Part shown: piece by piece, positions 24,486-35,870 of the stretch
How positions within the stretch are numbered: position 1 is the first letter of the stretch
Layout of the letters: each line of letters starts with the position of its first letter
Assembly: GCF_001194135.2 (NCBI RefSeq)
Contig: NC_068988.1
Location: 17,541,419 to 17,605,418 of the forward strand
Length of the DNA stretch: 64,000 bases
Reading direction: 5' to 3'
From: Octopus bimaculoides
Taxonomy: Eukaryota
Notes under the pieces: generated by a model
Databases searched by the model: none
Told to the model about the DNA's origin: nothing
Seen by the model: the letters and a program-made list of their open reading frames with translations, nothing else
Made by a program: the position numbers and the translations under genes

Positions 24486-25071
24486 TGTTTATATTAATAG
24501 ATTCAACTTACAGAGCGTACAAATGACAGGAAATTAAAGCAGTGGAAGAAAGTTTTTATAAGTCCAACAGCTGTTGGGGAGGGGGATCAGAGATCCATCA
24601 TAATGCTGGTAGATACAGTTCATCACAATATGCGGTCGTAATGGAAGCAATCAACATTGGATAAAACGAGCCTCCATCACCAGGGTGGAAAAGACCTTAC
24701 GTTTCAGATCCTGTTGCGGAGCCCCTTGTGGGCAATACAGAATTAATATATATATAGGTACTGTAAATTTTAGAGGTGTTACTTGATAAGTGTAAGCACC
24801 TGTATATGCCGGATAGTGGCAGAGGTAATATTATATATATATATATATATAATTCTCAGAAAGGGAGTAGAATAAATCCACACTGATTACTCACGAATGA
24901 GCGCAGCAGTGTATAACATCTGAGGCGGACAATCACCCACATTTTCTTTGACTCAACCTGTATTTATTTATTCTGAAACAAATATACTATTGATTGATTT
25001 TCTACCATTGAATACATGTTCATTGATTATTACCTGACATTTACGTAATTATTTTCAAAGTCATTTACAAA

Positions 25072-25112
25072 TAACTAACGTTTCTTTTTTTTTTCTTCTT
25101 TTTCAGGTAAGT
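25072..25112 (+). other. Recursive splice site (ratchet point / zero-length exon)
   Basis: Branch point TAACTAAC at 25072-25079, 24/24 pyrimidines at 25081-25104, and CAG ending at 25106 immediately followed by a perfect donor GTAAGT (25107-25112). Confidence 0.7.
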
Positions 25113-25367
25113 TCCTGTGATTCGAAATGGCTATACACTCGTTCCCCATTTTTTTTTCACCTTTCCATTAAACACTGAAAATCTGTGTTCCTTCCCCACT
25201 GCGTTTTATATCTGTTTGTTTCTTTAATGTCAAAAGACCTCTACTATCCAATCCTCACTCTGGTTCATCCGAGTGTATTATGCCAATCTGTTATCCAGTC
25301 ATTTATTCACCCGGCTTAGAGGTGAGCTTAAATAACGTTTTCTTGTTCATAACATTCTTTGCTATTA

Positions 25368-25530
25368 CTCCTTCTTCTTCTTCTTCTTCTTCTTCTTATT
25401 ATTATTATTATTATCATTATTCATCTTCCCTATCTTCTTTTTCTTCTTCTCCTCCTCCTCCTTCTTCTCCTGTTCCTCCTCCTCCTTCTTCTTCTCCTGT
25501 TCCTCCTCCTCCTTCTTTTTCTTGCTGTTG

Positions 25531-25563
<33 letters not shown>

Positions 25564-25665
25564 CCACCATCACCACCACCACAACCACCACCACAGTTAT
25601 AATCATCACCTTCATCATCATAATCATCATCATCATAATCATCATCAGTAGCAGCTGCAGCAGCA
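25368..25665. repeat. Compound trinucleotide tract (TCT)n(TAT)n(CCT)n(CAT)n(CAC)n
   Basis: Read directly; source of the poly-S/P/H/L/R ORFs in the track. Confidence 0.95.
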
Positions 25666-26159
25666 TTATAATCTTGCTTCTCTTCTTTTTTTTTTTACTA
25701 TAACAACCACTGCTGGTGCTTCTGTCGTTGTCGATATTGACGATGGTGGTGATGTTGGTCGTGCTGGTACAACTAGTATTATTCCATAAATTAATTCACT
25801 CTGTGAAAGCGTCGGCGTTTATTTGAAGCCTTATAAATCTCAATAGAAACAAGTATGTCGCTTGAATTAGATTCGATTCCAGAGGAAAAAAAAAAACATT
25901 CCAGACAGTTCTCCAATAGTTCAATGATGTTTAAAACATTCGATTATCTTCTGCATTTTTGTTATATTTTGCGACACTTTTACTTTACTATCATTAATCA
26001 TTCAGTACAATAACAATAATAGCATTTTCAGTAATAGTGGAGTCGCGTGGCTTTGTGGTTAGTGTATTGCACTTAATATCGTAAGAGTGGTTTCGACTCC
26101 TGGACAAGGAAATAAAATTTTTACGTGTGTATATGTACATAATTCTACAATAAGCACAA

Positions 26160-26332
26160 AGTCTCCAATTTTGTGGGTGGGGTTAGTCAATTTCGTTGAC
26201 ATCAGTATTCAATTGAAGTATCGAATTCGAAGTGGTAAGAAGGAATTTGAAAGTTAAAGACAGACGAGATGCTGCAAAGCACTTTGTCTGGTCTACTAAT
26301 AATTCTGTTAGCTCGCTGACTTAATAACTTAA
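26160..26332 (-). mobile_element. SINE family B, old degenerate copy
   Basis: Reverse complement aagtcagcgagctaacagaatt...tcgtctgtcttta...tcaaattc. Confidence 0.6.
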
Positions 26333-26369
26333 CAACAACAACAACAACAACAATTATAATAATAAGGTT

Positions 26370-28435
26370 TTCTTTATTAAACAAAACCGGTTCACAACAC
26401 ACAAAAAAACATTCGGGATGGTACAAGAGAATGCAATGACGGTTTACATAAAATGGAGCTCGTGAAGTGTAGAAAAAATATAATATATTTTAACACTGAC
26501 AAATTTTACAAAGGAAGGAGACTTTCATGGGCTGCTCGTGGAAATCCCACTAAAATATAGAGGAACTGACCTGTAGGGCAAACGCTCTCCCCATAACGCC
26601 TATATGCGCGTGCTTAGAATATGCCTGTAAACTCGGACCATTCTTGTAACATTCACACACCCGTCAACAAAATTTTTGGGAAGCAGCACTTCCTTCTCTT
26701 CCATGATTTTCTTTTTCAAGTGAAACTTGAAACACTTGACGTGTGCTTGGCCAAAGTGGGAAGTATCAATCTTCTGCTTTTTCAATCTGGTCCATCACAC
26801 AGCCTCCTTCGCTAAGGCTACCAGACAAGAAAACGTTGCCTGTCCTTCCCGGCCAAAGAAGGCGGCGGGGCGATCTTCGCAACTGACTCAGCTAATAGCC
26901 GGATCTTTTCTGGACGTGATAACAGGTTTTTAACATAAGCTAACAGGTCAGCAATACTCGGGAACTGGACGAGAGTGCGCAAAGCATTTTCGTCGCCCTG
27001 AGCGCATCTTGAAGCAACTCTAGCTGACAGCACTTCCATGCCTGTAGAGGTTATCCCGAGCCGGCAATGCACCCCATCAAAGCACTGTCAGGCCAGGGAT
27101 TTCTGTAAGTTATCAATGGGCCCCGTCCCGTAAGCCTACTCATTCTCATCGACGCCCAAAATCTCCCAGTGAACATCGTCGTACCTGCCCGCCACTAAGC
27201 CTCTGTAGAATGTCAGATTGCCAGTCTGACAGGGGATTTTGAGCGCTTGACGACAATTTAAGTGACAAACACCCTGTCTTGGTCTACGCTTGATCCATGA
27301 CTGCTGCTCAGCCAAAGAGACGCGCAGTGAAAAAGCTGTCTGAAAAATGACGACCACACCTACTCACTACAATAAAATGCGAGAGATATAGCCTCAGCGT
27401 ATATCTGCGCATCAACGGACACGACACGCCAGCCCTAAGCCCGCGGGTATTGACAGCAAATGGAGCGTCAGACTATTGAAACACGACCCTTCCACATAAA
27501 ATGAAAGAACATGTGATCCAATTTGGTCAGACGCATCTTGAGGCAAGGCACGACGGTTAGACGTTCATATGTAATAAAGCCGATGTAAGACCTTGTCACC
27601 TCTGCCCGACCTTTTATAGAACGTTTACTCTCGGTCCATTTCTGGGTTTAATTAGCCACCCTGCACGTCATCTAGTCCCAGCTCCTCTCCAGCTGGAGAT
27701 TTGGACCAAACCAGACTCTGAGAAATTTAACCGGTTTCTCCGTCCAGTGTCCTACGACGTTGTTGGACAATATGGACCTGCCTCTATAGGTTCTGAGCTG
27801 CAGGCCCACTGACTTATGTTGGTTAATTTTTATTCCTGTTATCATTTCGCATTGTTTTAAGCAGTGCCGAGCTCGTCTATTTGCTTGGTGTTCGACACTA
27901 TGAAGGTGTTGTCGTCAGTGTACGACGACACTGTTCGCACGAAATGCCTCTCAACGCTCTAGTTCGCGCGAGAGGCCTCTCAGTGCTACTGATTTCTGCA
28001 GTAGTGTCTGTAGAAATAGTACATATAGAAAAGAGGGGAGTGGAGTCTGTTGACAGACCAAGTGCAAGAAGTTAATTATTCCTTTAGGTAACCGTTCACA
28101 GGAACTACTGATCAGATGTTGCTGTACATTGCGGTAATCCAACCATAGAAAACGGGACCGAACCCCGCCATAATGAGAACGGCCACCAAATATTGGTGTT
28201 TGTCCCTATCAAAGACTTTAGACTGATCCAGTGCTTGATCAGGGCCTCACCCATGACAGCTTCTTTACCCAACTTGTCTATGATATATCGTATGAGGTGG
28301 GGGTTGTGTAACGCTGAATCTATAAGACAAGCAAATACTTATACACTTAAGAATCTAATTCAACGAGTAGAGTCCATGTGTTTAATCGGACGGTCACGCG
28401 TAGGAGTCAGTGAAGGCATCCACTATATGTCTCAG
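26370..28435 (-). mobile_element. L1/Tx1-clade LINE, 5'-truncated ORF2 remnant with 3'UTR
   Basis: RT motifs LDQSKVFDRDKHQYL, FLYVLFLQTLL and SYTDD; a degenerate Cys/His knuckle RCAQGDE.ALRTLVQ; ORF end at ~26600; AATAAA near 26380. Many stops and frameshifts. Confidence 0.9.
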
Positions 28436-29479
28436 TGACTGTTTGTTGTTGTTGCTAAGTAAGTGTTGACAAGTAAAATACAAAGTATGTGCCCAACAGG
28501 CAGTCAGATTGAACCCGAAACCATGTGTTTGTTTACCGCGTTTCATAAACACATAGCTACGCTTGCATTTCAGAAAATACAAAAGGCTATAAATTTTAAT
28601 CCTTTTCAAATTTCACCCGTACTGAAGGATAGGAATCTTCAACCATATAATTTACTGGGTTAAAAAAATGTACATGCTATACAGTGGCGAATGAGATATA
28701 ACACATAAGAATTTTGTTACTGAATGACTTAACATTAAAGAATAGTGTAACTGCAGCTGTAGTATCTTAGAGATTAAAGATGGGGAGCATTAATGTTAAT
28801 AAACACTGATTATTGTAAAGAACGTAGAAGCTTGATATGGAAAGATATCGAAAAATGCCTATTACTAGAAAACATAGGAAAACGGCTGCTAACATATTTG
28901 ATTTTGTGAACCGAGCCACCAGTTCATAATTAATTAAAATCACACCTTTAATGACAAGAATAAATTAGTCTCAAAGTGACTAATTATTCTGGTCAAAACA
29001 GAGTTGAGAAGGCAATCCCGAAAATTTAGATAATTAAAGTCGATTAAATATGGAATGAAATACGGAACGAATCCAAATTCGTCACTGTTTCTCCAAAGAG
29101 AGATACTAACCTCCTCATAGCATTCCGCATTTAATTAATCTTAGTTAATTAAAATTTCTTGTCATGAAATATGATAGCGTTAAATTTACTAGTAAGTTCT
29201 TATACAGCAGCCATCCATGAGAATTTTACCCTCTCACAGGGGTACACGTTGGCGTGGTGGGTTTAGGGACTGTGACTCTGTTGCCATGCAGTATTTGTAA
29301 AAAATACGTATCAATATACATATCGATAGACACACACACCTACCTACCTGCATGCATACATATATACGTGTATGTATGTGAGTGGGTGGGTGATGCATAT
29401 ACATACATTGTTGCCTGCCTTACTAGATTACCTGCCTTGCTAGTTAACAGGAAGTGAACGAGGTTACCTGTCTCGTACT

Positions 29480-29584
29480 ATGCTAACTTCCTGTATATAT
29501 ATTTGGTTATTCATACCAACGTTATTACTTTGTGCCAAACAGTCGTTGACAACCGTTTATCTCGCCACCTTCGGAAAATATAGG
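29480..29584 (+). CDS. Candidate exon encoding a signal-peptide-like N-terminus (MLTSCIYIWLFIPTLLLCAKQSLTTVYLATFGKYR), phase 0
   Basis: ATG with A at -3, a 14-residue hydrophobic core, 35 open codons ending exactly at AGG|GTAAGT, and possible in-frame acceptors at 29443 and 29450. No homology recognised. Confidence 0.4.
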
Positions 29585-30362
29585 GTAAGTTATCACCCTT
29601 CATTATCTTATCCCAATACATAACAGCATATATGTATGATTGTATTATCATGTACATATACGTATATTTATACTTACAAACAAACACATAATCACCTTCT
29701 TTATGCCATTTGTTATTTCTTGTATCTATGCCGCTTATTTCACAGATATCTCGTTACGCACATAATTTAATGCCCGCGCGGACACACACTCACATACTTA
29801 TAAACATATTCAATTTTTTTTTTATGTAATGCATGAAATTGTTTTCGTTTTCTCTCTTCTGATATCTAACTACTACCTTCCTCCCTGCTTTCATAATTAA
29901 GTCCTTTATCTTTCTCAATATATTTTTTTTTAATATTTAATCTGCATAAATTATAGTCACACATTAGTATGTATACATGCATTGTACATTTAAACATGCA
30001 TAAACTGCATTAGGCTTGTATAAACTGGCATGAATTATGAAGCCCGTATCGCACTTTCACCTTCCATGGACAGCTATGGAATTCCACAGAAAGAGGAAAT
30101 TGCTATAGGGTAAAAAGTCTGAAATTATTTCTTAAATTTATACCTAGATTTACTGTTATTATTCATATGAGAGTGACATGATATTGTATCGCTAGGAAAT
30201 CGTTCGTACATTTATAAGAATAAAGGTACTATTATCTATTGCGATAAACATTATCTATCTTTAAGTATGCGGGAGCTCTTCTGACGTTGACAGTAGATGA
30301 GGTTTTGCCAATTTCTTACTGATGAACCTGCTCCCGTGAAGTTTTACCTATAAATATACATG

Positions 30363-30396
<34 letters not shown>

Positions 30397-30614
30397 NNNN
30401 NNNNNNNNNNNNNNNNNNNNNNNNNNNNNNNNNNNNNNNNNNNNNNNNNNNNNNNNNNNNNNNNNNNNNNNNNNNNNNNNNNNNNNNNNNNNNNNNNNNN
30501 NNNNNNNNNNNNNNNNNNNNNNNNNNNNNNNNNNNNNNNNNNNNNNNNNNNNNNNNNNNNNNNNNNNNNNNNNNNNNNNNNNNNNNNNNNNNNNNNNNNN
30601 NNNNNNNNNNNNNN

Positions 30615-30654
<40 letters not shown>

Positions 30655-31111
30655 ATAAAATGCTTGGGCTGCCCATTAGTTCATTAAATCAATATTACTT
30701 GTAAACATACACGGTGGATCAACGGTCACATGTCGGAGTGATCGCATAGCAAAGGAACATGAAATGTTATGTTCAAGAACATAGCACGCCGCTCTGTCCA
30801 GGAATCGAAGTTATAATCTCACGACTGTGAGTGCAGTATCCCCAAAATTATGAAAAGCTTCCTCACTAACTAATGTATGTATTCATATATGTATGTACAC
30901 ACACACACGTTTTTATAAGTCTCACTTATGGCCAACTTAATGTCATTGTCCTTTAAGGGGCTACCACCGTGCCCTTTAACTCCAAGAAGACATCTGCTGC
31001 AGGTGGCATATTCCGTGCGCTTCTCGCAACTGATATTTATTGCGAAGGAGAGACAACTCCTGCTACCCTGTTTTCAAGATCACAAAACCAAGTGGTACAC
31101 ACACACACACA

Positions 31112-31155
<44 letters not shown>

Positions 31156-31166
31156 CGTGGCTATAT

Positions 31167-31533
31167 GGAGGCGCAGGCGTGGCTGTGTGGTGGAAAGCTT
31201 ACTTCCCAACCACATGGCATCTTGGGGGAGTGTCTTCTGCTATAGGCTCGGGCCGACCAAAGTCTTGTGAGTGGATTTGGTAGAGGAGCCTGAAAGAAGC
31301 CCGTCGTATATATGTGTATGTGTGTGTTCGTGCGTGTGTGTATTTGTTATTTGTGTCTGCGTTTGTCCTTCCACCACCGCTTGACAAGCGATATTGGTGT
31401 GTTTTCGTCCTCGTAATCTAGCGGTTAGACAATACGATGGATAGATTAAGCTCTGGGGTCAATTAGTCCAACTAAAGGTGGTGCTGCAGCATGGCCATAG
31501 TCAAACCACAGAAGCAAGTTCGAGAATAAAAGA
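31167..31533 (+). mobile_element. SINE family C, diverged near-full copy
   Basis: ggaggcgcaggcgtggctgtgtgg...gggccgaccaaagtcttgtgagtggatttggtag...cagcatggcc. Confidence 0.9.
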
Positions 31534-32304
31534 ATATATATATATATATATAATTATAAGAAGGTCAGTAATGAGTAGGGCCACATGCTAGAAATAGACG
31601 CAAAATTGCTCTAAAATCTAAATGATTTACTGGGAACTAGAGGACAAATGGCGCTAAGAACTACATTATTTACTGGTAGATAATGTAGTTCTGATAGTCA
31701 TTTGGCATTACTCATTAGTGGCGCTACTCATTAGTGCCCTTACTATAATTATATTTATATAATTATATATTTCGTATTAATTGTTACCTATATGGTTTAT
31801 TGTTTGCTGGTTACTTGATAAAATCTTATAGAGAGTTTATCCTTGATCATAAATATGTATATATATATGTATTACATATATATAAATTAGAAATGAAAAT
31901 AAAATAGATTGAATAATTGAATCAATATATAATAGATTCAATCCAGTTTTTATTATTTCTGTATAAACAAATGAATAATTAAGTTACAGCTGTTTCTACT
32001 TCATTAACTAGGCTTTGTTTAAGATTGCAAATTACCATTTAAAAAAAATATAATCATGGTTCGTCAGAGAGACATATTCTTGAAATATATTAGGAAAATA
32101 GCAAGTGAACATTTTTCTATAAGTATAACGCATTTAAAACGCTATATTAAGAGTGAGCTTAATAATAATAATAATAATATAGAGATCTATATTATATACA
32201 TATATAAGATATATATGTAATATACGTATATATAAATATAATATATATATATATATATATAATACAATATATATATGTATACATATATGTGTGTGTGTGT
32301 GTGC

Positions 32305-32351
<47 letters not shown>

Positions 32352-32381
32352 TGTATATTTATACCTAAATGTCAAACGATG

Positions 32382-32943
32382 AAATTTGTAAATTTCCGAG
32401 AAATCCCGTGAACGAAGCAAGACTTTTCCAGAATGGAGGCGAAAACCTTTCTCCGTGTGATCGGTTTGAAAACTTGCTAAGACACTAAGATATTTTCCTC
32501 TTTTTCTTGACATGAAACCTATGGTAATTCACAAATTAAGAAAATGTATATGGTTATATACATATGAAATTAACGGACTCTCGCATCATTAGACGACATA
32601 TGAGGGTTGGACAATTTCTTACCGAACAACCACGCACAAGATTTGTTTATAGTGATCAAATGTTTGTGTAGACATAAGTTCACTCCCCCCAACACATCGA
32701 CATTATTTGTACACGTGCAAGTGGGTGCCAGATGAGTCCACGATGCTAATTTACATATATTAACCAGAAAAATCCGCCATGTACTGATTTCACAATAAGT
32801 GAACCGCAATATGGCGAGGAATATAAAACAATATTCTAGTGTCGTAATTGTTTTTCAAGCCGATCATATGGAGAAGGTATTCGCCTCAATTTTGGAAAAC
32901 CGTGTCGCTTCGTTCACTGGATTTCTTGTAAATTCGCAAATTT
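32382..32943. repeat. Foldback element with ~105-bp imperfect inverted arms
   Basis: The reverse complement of 32382-32488 aligns with 32836-32943 (roughly three quarters identical by eye); spacer ~345 bp. Confidence 0.8.
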
Positions 32944-33886
32944 ATATGTGTGTGTGTGTGCGTGTTCTGATATAAATGGAGACGAGCACCAACATTTTCA
33001 TGTAGTACACGTGAACAAGATCTCTTCATATGAGACCACTGATTTGTAATCAGTGTGGGTGAGTGTGTGCGCGCGCACGTACATGTGTGTGTACATGTGA
33101 GTAATTCCGCGTGCAAATTGCAGCGTATTCATTACAATTCATATTATCGAAAAACTTCCTTACAACTATTTGAAAGCGCAAATATAAAGATATGCAGAAT
33201 CTAACAAACAAAAGCAAAGCAAGAATACATCTTCGTAGAGAGATAATATATTAATTAGATATATCTTGGTTTGATGAAACTGTAAGCTTCTCAAATGACA
33301 TTTCCGTGAAGAAAATATCGCTTAGACGACGTTATTTAAATTTTCTAGTTGTGAAATATCATGCGATATTCACTAAACCTTTAGATCAAAGGCATTTATT
33401 GTATATATGTGCTGACAAATCAGGTTTCAGGAATGAGATTGCTTTTATTTCCTGTAAAATTCCAAAGATGTATGTTACCTAACCGAATTGTTCTTTGGAA
33501 GAACGCCTGTCATGATTACAAGAAATGCGTGTTCGAGTCGTACCTGCAACATCCGACTTTCTCCATCCGATATTCCAAATCAATAATTCATTCCAGTTAT
33601 TTTTCAAGTTTATAAACTCTTCTGACGTCAAAAGTATGCAATTCTGGCCGGAAAGAAAAAGTTTCTAAAATTGGAAGAGAATGTCGAAGTACTTCTTTGA
33701 TCCATCGGTGGAACGGCTCTAATGTTTAGAAATGTGGGTTCGAAGCATGCGAGGAGGTTTTTAGTATTCTATCCAAAAGGCTTTTTAAACCAGATATTTA
33801 CACGCTTTTATTTATAGCTCTACGTCCCCGCAATTTTCTTAACATTATTATTATCAGTATCATCATTATTATCATTATTATCAATA

Positions 33887-35258
33887 AGGCGGTGAGCTGG
33901 TAGAAACGTTAGCACGCCGGGCGAAATGCTTACCGATTATTTCGTCTGCCACTACGTTCCGAATTCAAATTCCACCGAGGTCGAATTTGCCTTTCCTCCT
34001 TTCGGGGTCGATAAATTAAGTTCGAGTTGCACACTGGGGTCGATCTAAGCGACTGACCTCCTCCTCCCAAATTTCAGGCCTTGTGCCTATAGTAGTAAAT
34101 ATTATCATAATTATTAATAATAATAATAATAATAAGATGGGGAGATGGCAGAATCGTTAGCACGAAGGGTTAAATACACAACGGCATTTCTTCTGTCTCC
34201 ACCACGATCTGTGTTCAAATTCCACCGAGTAGACGTTGCCTTTCATCGTTTCGGAGTCGGTAAAATAAGTACAAGTTGAGCACTGGGGGTCGATGTAATC
34301 GACTATTCCCCTCCTTTAAATTTCCGGCCTTGTGCCTATACTAGAAAGGATTATTATTAAGGCGGTGAGCAGGCATAATCGTTAGTAATCCGTGTTAAAT
34401 GCGTAGCCGTATTTCATCTGTCGCCACCACTTTCTGAGTTCAAATTCTGTTGAGGTTGATTTTGCCTTTCATTCTTTCGGGGTTGATAAAATAAGTACCA
34501 GGTGAAGACTGGGATTGTTGTAACCGATTCATCTCCTCCCTCCAAATTGGTGCCCTTGTGGAAAAAATTGAAACCATTATTACTAATGCAACGAGCTAGC
34601 AGAATAATTCACGCATCAGGATTTCTGCCGACTTATTAGGTTCTGAGTTCAAATTCCGCCGAGGTCAAATTTGCCTATCATTCTCTCGAGATCGATGAAA
34701 TAATTATCAACTGAGACCTGGGATGTTACCCCAACCTCAAAACTGCGGGCTTAGTACCAACATTTGAAATTATTTTTATAATTATTATTAATGCAGTTAG
34801 CAAACAGAACCATTAGGCATTGGAAACAAAAAGTCTAACCATATTTTTTCCGACTCACTAGGTTTCGAGTTCAAATCCCACCGATGTCGATTTTGCATCT
34901 CATCATTTCGGGTTCGATATAATAATCACCAGTCAAACATTGCGGCTGTTGTACGCGTTTTCTCCGTCCCCTGAATACTATTGGACTTTTCCCAAACATA
35001 GAAAGGATTATTATTACTGTTGTTGTTGCTAGTAGCAGTATTTTTGTGCAGGTATAATCGTTAAATCGTTGGATAAAAAAATGTCTTGCAGTATTTCATG
35101 TCTTTACGGTCCAAGTTTCAAAATCTGCCGAAATCAAACTTTGACTTTCATCCCTTCGGTGTCGATAATATATAGTACCAGTCAAATACTTGGGAAGATG
35201 GTATCGATAAATCTCCCCTTTCAAAACTGCTGGCCTTGTACTTGAATCAGGAAATATC
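33887..35258 (+). mobile_element. Head-to-tail array of six SINE-B copies
   Basis: Copies at ~33887-34103, 34134-34357, 34359-34582, 34584-34775, 34790-35015 and 35046-35258. Each has a gagttcaaatt-like box and a tttcatc.ttcgg core, and they are separated by (ATT/AAT)n-type tracts. Confidence 0.85.
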
Positions 35259-35582
35259 AGTGTTTTGTATGATATTATTTGTGCGCAACATCATATACAC
35301 ACGAAGAAATACATTTCCACTGAAACCTCATCGCATGTAATATATGCGTATTGCGTATGATTTTGTGATCAGTTTCTAATTATCTATAGGATTTTAGTAT
35401 GTCGCTTTCTAATAAACGTCGAGGCAGAATTATGCTTTGAATAATTCATATGGCAACAGGGTTGATATCTAGGCATTTTATGCATTTTAATTCTTCCACT
35501 TTGCACTAAGTGTAAACTATATGATGCCTACATATTCGAGTAATTTGATTTTACATACAAGTGTACGGATATCTGTACATAC

Positions 35583-35634
<52 letters not shown>

Positions 35635-35639
35635 ATATA

Positions 35640-35668
35640 TATATATATATGTATATGTATGAAGGTGT

Positions 35669-35700
<32 letters not shown>

Positions 35701-35870
35701 GTATGAAGGTGTATATGTGTATATATATATATATGTATATGTATGAAGGTGTATATATGTATATATATATATATGTATATGTATGAAGGTGTATATATGT
35801 ATATATATATATATATATGTATATGTATGAAGGTGTATATATGTATATATATATATATATATGTATATGT
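35640..35870. repeat. Minisatellite of ~37-43 bp, TATGTATATGTATGAAGGTG(TA)n, at least 5 units, running into a gap
   Basis: The GAAGGTG core recurs five times among variable (TA)n. Confidence 0.9.

Noticed and set aside
25280-25703. Poly-Ser/Pro/His and poly-Leu/Ile ORFs
   Set aside because: They lie entirely within trinucleotide microsatellites, with no splice or homology support.
30030-30113. Short ORF MNYEARIALSPSMDSYGIPQKEEIAIG with a possible donor
   Set aside because: The donor GTAAAA is weak and the frame closes immediately; no other support.
33623-33630. Perfect CRE octamer TGACGTCA
   Set aside because: A single 8-mer is expected by chance in 64 kb.
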